A model generated the notes under the pieces. The model searched no databases. It was not told the DNA's origin and was given only the letters and a program-made list of their open reading frames with translations. Positions 52,815-61,121 of a stretch of DNA of 64,000 nt are shown here, one piece after another (within the stretch, counting starts at the first letter, position 1; every line of letters starts with the position of its first letter). This DNA is from Acidimicrobiia bacterium (GTDB lineage Bacteria; Actinomycetota; Acidimicrobiia; Acidimicrobiales; CATQHL01): the NCBI GenBank assembly GCA_009835395.1, contig VXXM01000073.1, positions 82-64,081 of the forward strand, read 5' to 3'. A program made the position numbers and the translations under genes.

Positions 52815-53618
52815 TTGCTGGCCGACGGGGTCTGCGGCGCCGGCACGTGGGCTGCGCTTGTCGAGGCCGGACATCGCCTCGGCGACCGGCTGCTGTATCT
52901 CCGCACCCCCTACCAGCGAGGCGAGGACGTGGCGGACCTCCAGCGCAGGTTGGGAGCCCTGGGCTTCTCCGCGGGTCGGGTCGACGGGATCCTCGGTCCC
53001 GACACCGCCGCCGCCATCGGCGCTCTGCAGGAGAACGCCGGACTCACCGCTGACGGGATTTGCGGTCCCGACACCGTGGCCGTCCTGGACCGGATTCCCT
53101 CCGGCGACAGTCACAGCATGCAGATGCTGCTGGAGCGGGAACGCCTGCGCAGCAGGCCGCGACTGCTGAGCGCCGCTCCGATCGCGCTGGCCGGCGCCGA
53201 TTCGCTCGTCGTGGCCGCAGCTCGAGTGCTGCGCCGCCGGGGAGCCAGAGTGCTCGTCCTGGCGCAACGCGAGGGCTCCGATGTGGCGGCAGCGGCAAAC
53301 GAACTCGACACCTCGGTGCTCCTGGATGTCCAGCTGGCGGACGGCCGCAGCTGCGAGACGTTCTACTTCGAGACCGCCGGCTTCACCTCCAGCGGTGGAA
53401 AGCGCCTGGCGGAGATGTTGGCCGCCGAATTGAGCAGCGTGCTGGATGTGCCCGCAGCGGCCGCCGGGATGCGCCTCCCGCTGCTGCGGGAGAGCCGGAT
53501 GCCAGCGGTGGCCTGCCACCTCGGACCGCCGCCGGCCGTGGTCGAGCAGCAGGCAGTCCTGGCCGACCGGATCGCGCAGTGCCTCGCCGACTGGGTCGCG
53601 GAGCCACTCGGAAGATAG
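52815..53618 (+). CDS. CwlM-like protein: two PG_binding_1 repeats + degenerate Amidase_3 domain (5' end probably further upstream)
   Basis: The track ORF starts at TTG 52815, inside the first peptidoglycan-binding repeat. The frame is open back to 52608 and encodes the rest of that repeat (IGARGATVRDLHRKL...AVKRFQQSRGLLADG). Position between trxA and parB matches cwlM in mycobacteria. Confidence 0.7.
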   Translation: MLADGVCGAGTWAALVEAGHRLGDRLLYLRTPYQRGEDVADLQRRLGALGFSAGRVDGILGPDTAAAIGALQENAGLTADGICGPDTVAVLDRIPSGDSHSMQMLLERERLRSRPRLLSAAPIALAGADSLVVAAARVLRRRGARVLVLAQREGSDVAAAANELDTSVLLDVQLADGRSCETFYFETAGFTSSGGKRLAEMLAAELSSVLDVPAAAAGMRLPLLRESRMPAVACHLGPPPAVVEQQAVLADRIAQCLADWVAEPLGR

Positions 53619-53660
53619 ACGAACACCTGTTCGTATAGCTGAGCCGACTGCCGCCGGCGG

Positions 53661-54554
53661 TCAGCGAGTCACCAGGTGGTAGATGCGTTCGAGATCGTCG
53701 AGATCGGCAAACTCCACCATGAGGCGGCCCTTCTTCTCACCGATCTCGACGCGCACCACCGTCGAGAGAAACTCCGCCAGCAGGTTCTCGAGCTCCAGCA
53801 ATGCCGACTCGCTGACCACGCTGCCGTCGCTCTGCCCATCGGACTCCGCCGCCCGCTTCGCTGGCCCGGCGCCAGCGGCAATCCCCCCTGCTGCCAGAGA
53901 TGACCGCAGGTGGTCCTCCAACTGGCGCACCGACCAACCTTCGCGAACGATCTGGCGTGCAAGGTCCACCTGCTCGGCGGAATCGGCGATGCCGGCGAGC
54001 GCCCGGCCGTGCCCGGCCGACAGCCGGCGGGAAGCAATGAGCTCCTGCACTTCGCCAGGAAGTTGCAGGAGGCGGGTCGAGTTGGTCACAGCCGCCCGGC
54101 TGCGACCCACACGGTTCGCCACCGCCTGCTGGGTGAGTCCGAAGTCCTGCTGCAGCTGCAGGAACGCGGCGGCTTCCTCCAACGGGTTCAGATCCTCCCG
54201 GTGGAGGTTCTCGACGAGCGCCTCCTCGAGTGATTCCTGGTCCTCAGCCGACCGGACAAGCGCTGGAATCGTCTGGAGACCTGCACGCTTGGCCGCCCGC
54301 CAACGCCGCTCACCGGCGATCAGTTCGAAGCGGTCTGCCTCGACCTGCCTCACCAGAACCGGTTGCAGCACGCCGATCCGACCAATCGAGTCAGCGAGAG
54401 CGTCGAGCGGTTCCTCGTCGAAGTGGGTCCGCGGCTGGTTCGTGTTGGGCACAATGCTGACGACCGCGATCTCGCGATAACCGCCCGCGAGGCGGCCGCC
54501 GGTCGGAATGAGAGCGCCCAGGCCTCGGCCCAAGCCGCGCTCACCGTGCGCCAT
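53661..54554 (-). CDS. parB: Chromosome partitioning protein ParB
   Basis: 297 aa. GLGRGLGALI, ParB box IAGERRWRAAKRAGL, HTH GLTQQAVANRVGRSRAAVTN. Confidence 0.9.
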   Translation of the reverse strand: MAHGERGLGRGLGALIPTGGRLAGGYREIAVVSIVPNTNQPRTHFDEEPLDALADSIGRIGVLQPVLVRQVEADRFELIAGERRWRAAKRAGLQTIPALVRSAEDQESLEEALVENLHREDLNPLEEAAAFLQLQQDFGLTQQAVANRVGRSRAAVTNSTRLLQLPGEVQELIASRRLSAGHGRALAGIADSAEQVDLARQIVREGWSVRQLEDHLRSSLAAGGIAAGAGPAKRAAESDGQSDGSVVSESALLELENLLAEFLSTVVRVEIGEKKGRLMVEFADLDDLERIYHLVTR

Positions 54555-55317
54555 TGGCCTCGAACTCCTTGGCCAGAATGCGATACGTCAGGGCGGCCCG
54601 TGAGCGCGGCGAGTACACCGTGATGGGCAAACCCCTCGCCGGTGCCTCGGCAAGGCGCACCGACCGCGGGATCACGGTGTGGCAAACGCGTTCGTCGTAC
54701 AGGCCGCGTACCTCCTGAGACACCTGCTGGGACAGGTTCGTCCTGGCGTCGTACATCACGAGCAACAACCTGGACACGCGCAGATCCGGGTTCAGATGCC
54801 GTCGAATCTGGTCCACGTGCATCGTGAGCTGGGCGAGCCCCTCCAGGGCGAAATACTCGCACTGGATCGGCACGAGCACCTCGCGCACCGCTGTCAGTGC
54901 GTTCACCGCCAGCAGCCCGAGAGCCGGCGGGCAGTCCACGAAGAGGTAGTCGAACTGCCCGATCACGTGCCCGAGCGACGCAGCCAGGCGGCGTTCCCGG
55001 TTGAACGCAGACTGCAGTTCGATTTCGGCGCCCGCCAGATCCAGGTGCGACGGGACAGCCATCAACCCCTCAACGGGGGTCGGCACGATGCAATCCGCCA
55101 TCGACCTGCCGTCCAGCAGGACGTCGTAGACCGAGACCGTGAGTTCCCGGGGATCCAGACCAATGCCCGTGGTGGCGTTCGCCTGGGGATCCATGTCCAC
55201 GACCAGCACCCGCCGTCCCAGTTCGGCCAGGGCAGCAGCGAGGTTGATCGCCGTCGTGGTCTTCCCGACGCCACCCTTCTGGTTGGCGACGGCGATCGTG
55301 CGGCAATCAGATGTCAC
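54541..55317 (-). CDS. parA: Chromosome partitioning ATPase ParA/Soj
   Basis: 258 aa with the deviant Walker A NQKGGVGKTTT. 14-nt overlap with parB. Confidence 0.9.
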   Translation of the reverse strand: MTSDCRTIAVANQKGGVGKTTTAINLAAALAELGRRVLVVDMDPQANATTGIGLDPRELTVSVYDVLLDGRSMADCIVPTPVEGLMAVPSHLDLAGAEIELQSAFNRERRLAASLGHVIGQFDYLFVDCPPALGLLAVNALTAVREVLVPIQCEYFALEGLAQLTMHVDQIRRHLNPDLRVSRLLLVMYDARTNLSQQVSQEVRGLYDERVCHTVIPRSVRLAEAPARGLPITVYSPRSRAALTYRILAKEFEANGAR

Positions 55318-55384
55318 TGGAGCAACACCTCCAACGAGACCGACTGCTCAGGAGTGTAACCGCCCGGTCCTCGCCGGAGGGTGA

Positions 55385-55400
55385 TGTTTCACGTGAAACA
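55385..55400. promoter_or_regulatory. parS centromere-like site (perfect consensus)
   Basis: TGTTTCACGTGAAACA, a perfect 16-bp palindrome identical to the canonical parS consensus. Lies in the parA-rsmG intergenic region. Confidence 0.9.
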
Positions 55401-55452
55401 TAGAGTTCGGATCACACCGCCTCCGTGGCGGCCCGCCTACAGCGAACGCGGC

Positions 55453-56160
55453 CTAGTAGAGAGGGTCTCGTTGCATCGCGGCCGGGCGCCGCGGGAAGCG
55501 ATCCTCATGCGGTGTCACCTTCCGGAGTTCCACGAACCGCGGCTCAGTGCCGGTCGTGTACATTGCCAGACCCAGCCTCCTCAGCGGCGCAGACGGCCAG
55601 CGAGTCGCCGCCTCATGCTCCGGTTCGCTCACGACAAGGCGTCCCCCGAGCGCCAGGAAGCCCGTCGCGCACTCCGCGGTGAGCGGCGGGGGCCCGAAAG
55701 CCCTGGCGGCCACGAGTGCGAAACCTCCTGCCAGTGTCTCCTCGCGCGCCAGTTCGGCCGCCTCTCCCCGCCTGAAAGACACCCGCTCGCCCATGTCCAG
55801 CACGCCGATCGCCCATCGGACAAAGTTCTCGCTGCGCAGCCGCCGATCGGTCAGCAACCAACGTGTGGCAGACCAGCACGTTGCCATGACGAGTCCGGGT
55901 AGCCCCGCGCCGGTTCCCAGATCCAAGCAGCGACCCTCACCGGGATCGGTGAGTTGCCGTGCGAGCGCCGCGGCGTGCATCCACTCCTGGCGGGGAGCGG
56001 TGGCGCGACCGAGCAGGCCCTGTTCCTGCGCCCGCTCGAATATCTCGTCAAGGCGATCCGCCGCCGGCGAGAGTGCTGCTGCGTCGGGCGCCAGGTCAGC
56101 TCCCCGGGCGCACCACAACGCGCCGACGGGGCTCCTCCCCTTCCGACGCGGTCTCCACAC
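55453..56160 (-). CDS. rsmG: 16S rRNA (guanine527-N7)-methyltransferase RsmG/GidB
   Basis: SAM-binding CLDLGTGAGLPGLV and conserved gene position. Start uncertain. ATG 56160 would overlap jag by 65 nt. A CTG at 56094, 1 nt after the jag stop and 5 nt after GGGGAG, is an alternative. Confidence 0.8.
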   Translation of the reverse strand: MWRPRRKGRSPVGALWCARGADLAPDAAALSPAADRLDEIFERAQEQGLLGRATAPRQEWMHAAALARQLTDPGEGRCLDLGTGAGLPGLVMATCWSATRWLLTDRRLRSENFVRWAIGVLDMGERVSFRRGEAAELAREETLAGGFALVAARAFGPPPLTAECATGFLALGGRLVVSEPEHEAATRWPSAPLRRLGLAMYTTGTEPRFVELRKVTPHEDRFPRRPAAMQRDPLY

Positions 56161-57007
56161 CGGTCAATTCCACGATGGCGTCGTGCACGATCTTGCGATC
56201 TGCCGCGTTCATCGGCTCGAGGACCTTCGGATCACCGGTCTCGATGACTTCCGCGGCAATGCGCCGGGCGAAGGACTCCAGTGCCTCCTTCCGGCGCCGC
56301 TTGTACCCGCCGACCTCCAATCGCACCTTGCTGGAACGGCGCCCCTGCGCCCTACGTTGGACCACAACCCGCAGCAACTCCTCGATGGCGGCCAGCGTCG
56401 TGCCCCGCCGGCCGATCAGCAACCCCACCTCGTCTCCGTCGACGGCCACCTCGAGAGCGCCGTCGTCGGTGCGCGTCGTCGTCACCGACGCGTCCACCCC
56501 GAACGCCTCGATGAGGCCCGCCGCGAATGAGAGAAGCAACTCCTCCTCGTTCGCCGGGTCCATCCTGTCGTCTCCGCCATTGCCCTCAACCGTGTTCATC
56601 TTCTCTCCTCTGCCCTTCGATCTCGATGCTGCCGTTGGTTTCTGTGTGCGGCCCTTGGGCGCAGTTGGCGACGCCCGGCGCTCGGGCCGCTTCTTCTTCG
56701 TCTCCGGCGCGTCCCGCTCGACGCCGCCGGGTGCGTCGTTGGACGATGGTTGCTTCTCGCCGGTGGACTTCTGCTTTCGCTCCCCGCTACGGGCACGCCG
56801 CTGCCGGCCACGGCGATCCGGGGGAGTCTCCACACGAGGCATCACCCGGGCTCGTACCTGCGCGTTGGCCCGGCCGAGTCCCAAAAGGCCGCGCTGCGGT
56901 TCTGCGAGCACCTCGAACTCGGCCTCGCGCTCGTCGACGCCCAGCTCGTCGAGGGCCGCCTCCTTGGCCTCCGCGACCGTGCGCGCCTCCGTCACTATCC
57001 ACTCCAT
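56096..57007 (-). CDS. jag: Jag/KhpB RNA-binding protein (Jag_N + KH + R3H)
   Basis: 303 aa from ATG 57007 (MEWIVTEARTVAEAKEAALDELG). A basic low-complexity insert, a KH-like GLLIGRRGTTLAAIE and R3H-like EPMNAADRKIVHD follow. Confidence 0.85.
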   Translation of the reverse strand: MEWIVTEARTVAEAKEAALDELGVDEREAEFEVLAEPQRGLLGLGRANAQVRARVMPRVETPPDRRGRQRRARSGERKQKSTGEKQPSSNDAPGGVERDAPETKKKRPERRASPTAPKGRTQKPTAASRSKGRGEKMNTVEGNGGDDRMDPANEEELLLSFAAGLIEAFGVDASVTTTRTDDGALEVAVDGDEVGLLIGRRGTTLAAIEELLRVVVQRRAQGRRSSKVRLEVGGYKRRRKEALESFARRIAAEVIETGDPKVLEPMNAADRKIVHDAIVELTGVETASEGEEPRRRVVVRPGS

Positions 57008-57014
57008 AGGCCTC

Positions 57015-58283
57015 TCACTTCTTGTAGCGCTTGCTCCGCTGCTGCTTCGCACCCTTCGGTGTGACACGACTCGGCACTGGCTTCGGCGGCGGTGTGTCCT
57101 TCTTTTTCGAACGCCTGTTCGTTCCTTCGGCCTTGCGGCGGTCCGGTCGCGTGGCCTGCGGGCGCGCTGCGCCGGCCTTGCCCGCCGCCCGAGGCGATGG
57201 CTCACGCGCCGGCCGCGGCACCGCCGCCCTGGCGGTCGGTGGAACGGACTTCGGCTTCGGCGCAGCCCCGCTCACCGGGCGCTGCCGGCCGTGCCGGAGC
57301 GGATCAGGAGCGCTGACGAGTCCCAGCCGTTCTGCCAACCCGCGTGGCGCCTCGGGCTGGCGCGCCGGCTCCGGCTCCGGCTCCTCACCGCGCTCGACCG
57401 CCTCCTCCGCCGCCTTGCGGGCGGCCTCCTCCTCGGCGAACGGCCGGTACAGCCGCCGCGTGATCATCGCCTGCTGGCCGATGCGAATGATGCTCTGCGC
57501 GTTGTAGTACAGCACCAGCCCGGCCGACAGGCTGAACGAGATGATCGGCAGCATGATCGGGATAATTCGCATCATCATGCGTGCTTGCGGCGTCTGCTCC
57601 TCTGCGGACATCCGACCGCTGATCTGACGCTGCTGGTAGTAACCCAGCCCCGCCACCAGGACAATCATCCCGAGGTACGGCAGCCCCGATACGAACGAGT
57701 TCCCCAGTGCGGAACTGGCGGTCTCGGCCAGGTCCAAGCCCCATCCACGCATCTCGGTGCTGACCACAAGATCCTGGTAGAGCCGGCTGTCGGGGTTCAG
57801 GTAGTCCGGATTGAACGTCTGTTTGGGCGCGCTGGTCAGTTGCGGCGCGCAGTCGGTGCCAGGAGACGCAGCGCAGACCGCGGCCGCCTGACCGGACGAC
57901 CAGCCCAGCACGGAGGTCCGCCGCGTCAAGCCACGCAGCACATAGAAGAGCGAGATGAAGATCGGCGACTGCATCAACAGCGGGAGGCATCCGCCCAACG
58001 GATTGACGCTGTTGGACCGGTACAGCGCCATGACCTCCTCGTTCATCCTCTGGCGGTCGTGGCGATACTCCGCTTGCAGCCGCTTGACCTCCGGCGCCAG
58101 GCGGCGCATGGCCAGCATCGACTTCGTGCTGCGGATCGTGACCGGCGTGAGGATCGTCATCACGCACACCGTGAGCAGCACGATCGCCCCCGAGTAGCTC
58201 GGCCACACGTCGTAGAAGAACGAGAGCACACGCGCCACCAGCGTCATCAGGGGATTGAACGCCCGACCGATCGCGTCGAACAT
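57015..58283 (-). CDS. yidC: Membrane protein insertase YidC with long basic C-terminal tail
   Basis: 422 aa. 60-kDa-IMP core (LAMRRLAPEVKRLQAEY, GCLPLLMQSPIFISLFYVL) and a ~140-aa Lys/Arg/Pro-rich tail. Confidence 0.9.
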   Translation of the reverse strand: MFDAIGRAFNPLMTLVARVLSFFYDVWPSYSGAIVLLTVCVMTILTPVTIRSTKSMLAMRRLAPEVKRLQAEYRHDRQRMNEEVMALYRSNSVNPLGGCLPLLMQSPIFISLFYVLRGLTRRTSVLGWSSGQAAAVCAASPGTDCAPQLTSAPKQTFNPDYLNPDSRLYQDLVVSTEMRGWGLDLAETASSALGNSFVSGLPYLGMIVLVAGLGYYQQRQISGRMSAEEQTPQARMMMRIIPIMLPIISFSLSAGLVLYYNAQSIIRIGQQAMITRRLYRPFAEEEAARKAAEEAVERGEEPEPEPARQPEAPRGLAERLGLVSAPDPLRHGRQRPVSGAAPKPKSVPPTARAAVPRPAREPSPRAAGKAGAARPQATRPDRRKAEGTNRRSKKKDTPPPKPVPSRVTPKGAKQQRSKRYKK

Positions 58284-58537
58284 CAGGTAGCGCCCTCAGT
58301 TGTGACCAGTTCGCCGCGTCGTGGCGGCACCGGATCAACCCCGTACGGCCCGAGCGGATGACACTTCAACAGCCTGCGGGCGGCGTACCAGCAGCCGCGC
58401 CAGGCACCGTGGGTCTGGATCGCCTCCAGGGCGTACGCCGAACAGGTCGGCAGGAAGCGACAGCGCGGTGGGCGCACCGCGCTGAAGGCCTGGTAGAGGC
58501 GGATCGCCCCGACGAGTGAACGCCTAGGCAGGCTCAC
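58283..58537 (-). CDS. yidD: Membrane protein insertion efficiency factor YidD
   Basis: 84 aa. [15 protein letters not shown] and RLLKCHPLG motifs. Confidence 0.85.
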   Translation of the reverse strand: MSLPRRSLVGAIRLYQAFSAVRPPRCRFLPTCSAYALEAIQTHGAWRGCWYAARRLLKCHPLGPYGVDPVPPRRGELVTTEGAT

Positions 58538-58887
58538 GAGGAGTCCTCGTCCTCGACGATGCGCGCCAGGAGGCGCTCGGCGTCCCGGCGCAGCCGGGCG
58601 AAGTCGGCGCTGCCGGCGTTGCGGCGCGGGCGGAGCAGGTAGTCGCCGCTCGGAAAGGCCGGCCGGCGAGCGGGATCAGCCAACTCACGCATCACAGCGC
58701 GCAGCCGTCGCCGCAGACGGTTCCGCGCCACCGCCGAACCGGTGCCGGCAGACACGGCGAACGCCACACGCGGTGGGTCGCCGCCCCCGTCGAGGAGATA
58801 GCGGATCTCGAGCAGTCCATGACGGACGACGCGACCATCCCGGCGGAGCCGCTCGAATGTCGTCCCGGACCGGATTCGCCCGATCAG
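58534..58887 (-). CDS. rnpA: Ribonuclease P protein component (start codon non-canonical or far upstream)
   Basis: Conserved core [30 protein letters not shown] ... [13 protein letters not shown]. There is no in-frame ATG/GTG/TTG between the rpmH stop and this core. Start placed at CTG 58887 (CTGA overlap with the rpmH stop). The track ORF extends to TTG 59154, completely covering rpmH. Confidence 0.65.
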   Translation of the reverse strand: MIGRIRSGTTFERLRRDGRVVRHGLLEIRYLLDGGGDPPRVAFAVSAGTGSAVARNRLRRRLRAVMRELADPARRPAFPSGDYLLRPRRNAGSADFARLRRDAERLLARIVEDEDSS

Positions 58888-59018
58888 GCTGACAACCTCT
58901 GACGACCGCGCCGTCGCCTGGCTCTCAGAACAGCCCGTCCGCCGCGACTGCTCATCCGCTTCCGGAACCCGTGCCGCCGAGACCGGCGGCGTACATTCGG
59001 CTGGTACGTCCGCTTCAC
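58884..59018 (-). CDS. rpmH: 50S ribosomal protein L34
   Basis: 44 aa, (V/M)[46 protein letters not shown] 59018 has GGAGGA 7 nt upstream. It is the C-terminal part of track ORF 58884..59240. Confidence 0.9.
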   Translation of the reverse strand: MKRTYQPNVRRRSRRHGFRKRMSSRGGRAVLRARRRRGRQRLSA

Positions 59019-59464
59019 TTCCGTTCCTCCTTGCGCCGGGCCAACCCACCCCCGCCGATGCACACGCAACGAGTGGGTCCCGCGCGCCGGATCCTCGGGC
59101 CGGGTGCCGCGAGGACCGTCGAGACCGGTGGTCCGGACAGGCGACCGGACACAACTCGACCGTCTCACGCTACGGGGACACGATGGCCGCCACAACCGGG
59201 TCGCTCGGGCTGTACCGCACGAGCCGGCGACGTACTCCACCGGCGACTTCCAGGCTTATGGTCAGCGTCACGAAAAAATCCAGAGAATCATGCAGAAAGT
59301 CACATGAATCAACTTCCGCCGCCAACACGCGCCGAGCGGTGCGGCTAGATTGCCCGCCACGACGAACACCGCAGGTCCGTCAAGCAGCCGACCAGCGTGA
59401 CCACTCGCCCTCCGCCGACAGTTGGAGCCGGCAAGGCGGTCCCCATCAGAACTGAGCCGCAACC

Positions 59465-60889
59465 GTGAACGACCCAGCGCATCTGTGGAGCGCATGCGCG
59501 ACCACGATTCAGAACCACGTCTCCGATGCCGTCTGGCATTCGACGTTCCGGGACATCCGACCGCACGACTTGACGAGCGACGGGCTGCACATCCACGTCG
59601 CCAGCAGCATTGCCCGGGACAAGATCGAGCGGCGCTACCGGCACCTCATCGAGGACGTTCTCACCGAGATCACCGGCCAACCATTGACGCTCGTCATCGA
59701 CATCGAACCCATCTCGCTCGAACCCGCCGACCCGCGTGCGCTCGAGGAGCTGCTGCTGCCCGCCGCTGAGGACACGACCACCGCCCGCCGGACCGAGGAA
59801 CCCCGCCAGGTAACGGTTCCGTCCGCCGCTGAAGGACTCTTCGTCGACGAGCCGCTCAACCCGCGGTACAAGTTCGAACACTTCGTCTGCGGCCCCTCCA
59901 ACTCCTTCGCGCAAGCCGCCGCTTTCCAAGTCGCCGAACAGCCGGGCAAGGTGTACAACCCCCTGTTCATCTACGGCGGCGCCGGCCTCGGGAAGACGCA
60001 CCTGCTTCATGCGATCGCCCACTACGTCAACGAGCACTACCCGGGGTCGCTGGTGCGCCTCGTGTCCACCGAGACCTTCCTGAATCGTTTCGTATACGCC
60101 ATCCGGTCCAACCAACTGCCCGCCTTCAAGGACTACTACCGGCGACTCGACGTGCTACTCGTGGACGACGCCCAGTTCTTCGCCGGCAAGGAAGGTCTCC
60201 AGGAGGAGTTCTTCCACACGTTCAACACTCTGTACGAGACCAGCAGCCTGCTGGTCATCACCTGCGACCGGCCGCCCGACTCGATCCCCACCCTCGAGGA
60301 CCGCCTGCGCAGCCGTTTCAAGATGGGACTGATCACCGACATCCAGCCGCCCAACATCGAGACCCGCCTCGCCATCCTCGACCACCGTGTGCCCGCGGAC
60401 TGCCGGCACCTGCTGTCCAACAAGGTGCTCGAACTGATTGCCGAGCGTGTCACCAACAACATCCGCGAGCTCGAGGGAGCGTTGACCCGGGTCTGCGCGT
60501 TCGCCACGCTCAATCGCCAGGAGATCTCGGTCCCGACTGCTCAGGAGTTGCTGCGCGACGTCTTCACGCCGCAGAAGCAGCAGGTCGTCATGCCCGCACA
60601 CATTATGAACGCATGTTCGAATATGTTCGGCCTCTCGGTCGAGGAGATCGTCGGCACGAGCCGGCGCCGCCAACTGGTCACCGCGCGGCACATCGCCATG
60701 TACGTGATGCGGGAACTGACCGACCTCAGCTTTCCGGCGATCGCAACGGAGTTCGGCGACCGAGACCACACGACGGTCATCCACGCCGTGAACAAGATCA
60801 AACAGATGATGTCAGAAAAGCAGCAGGTCTACGAACAAGTCACTCAACTTACCCGTATGCTGCGCAGCAACGTGGGGAGTGCCGCGTAG
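59465..60889 (+). CDS. dnaA: Chromosomal replication initiator protein DnaA
   Basis: 474 aa. AAA+ Walker A GGAGLGKTHLL, Walker B LLVDDAQF, sensor motifs, and C-terminal DNA-binding RHIAMYVMRELTDLSFPAIATEFG.RDHTTVIHA. Confidence 0.95.
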   Translation: MNDPAHLWSACATTIQNHVSDAVWHSTFRDIRPHDLTSDGLHIHVASSIARDKIERRYRHLIEDVLTEITGQPLTLVIDIEPISLEPADPRALEELLLPAAEDTTTARRTEEPRQVTVPSAAEGLFVDEPLNPRYKFEHFVCGPSNSFAQAAAFQVAEQPGKVYNPLFIYGGAGLGKTHLLHAIAHYVNEHYPGSLVRLVSTETFLNRFVYAIRSNQLPAFKDYYRRLDVLLVDDAQFFAGKEGLQEEFFHTFNTLYETSSLLVITCDRPPDSIPTLEDRLRSRFKMGLITDIQPPNIETRLAILDHRVPADCRHLLSNKVLELIAERVTNNIRELEGALTRVCAFATLNRQEISVPTAQELLRDVFTPQKQQVVMPAHIMNACSNMFGLSVEEIVGTSRRRQLVTARHIAMYVMRELTDLSFPAIATEFGDRDHTTVIHAVNKIKQMMSEKQQVYEQVTQLTRMLRSNVGSAA

Positions 60890-61121
60890 CCCTGGCGGCT
60901 TTGGGGAATCCTGTGCACAACCGACGGGCAACATCGTACGGATCACCACCGCTGCCATCGGTGACCGTTCCTCCGTCACCGGCTGCTCGGGAAAATCGGG
61001 CCATGACCTCCACAGACACCCGCCGGGCTGACCTGCACCGCAGGCCGGAAATGCACAATCCCCAGCCCTACTACCACTACAAACTTATGTACAACGAGAT
61101 CCTGAGTGAAGGACGGAACCT
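60890..61121. other. Candidate oriC (dnaA-dnaN intergenic region)
   Basis: Position typical of actinobacterial oriC. DnaA-box-like 9-mers: TTGTGCACA (complement of 60912-20; 8/9 to TTGTCCACA), ACCTCCACA (61006-14), TTGTGCATT (complement of 61050-58), TTATGTACA (61085-93). Local AT-rich stretch at 61070-61100. The boxes are degenerate and the region is short. Confidence 0.4.

Noticed and set aside
59019-59464. rpmH-dnaA intergenic region as the primary oriC
   Set aside because: Reading both strands, I found no 9-mer closer than about 6/9 to TTGTCCACA/TTATCCACA. The A-rich patch at 59271-59327 more likely belongs to the dnaA promoter. It is kept only as an alternative in the oriC finding.
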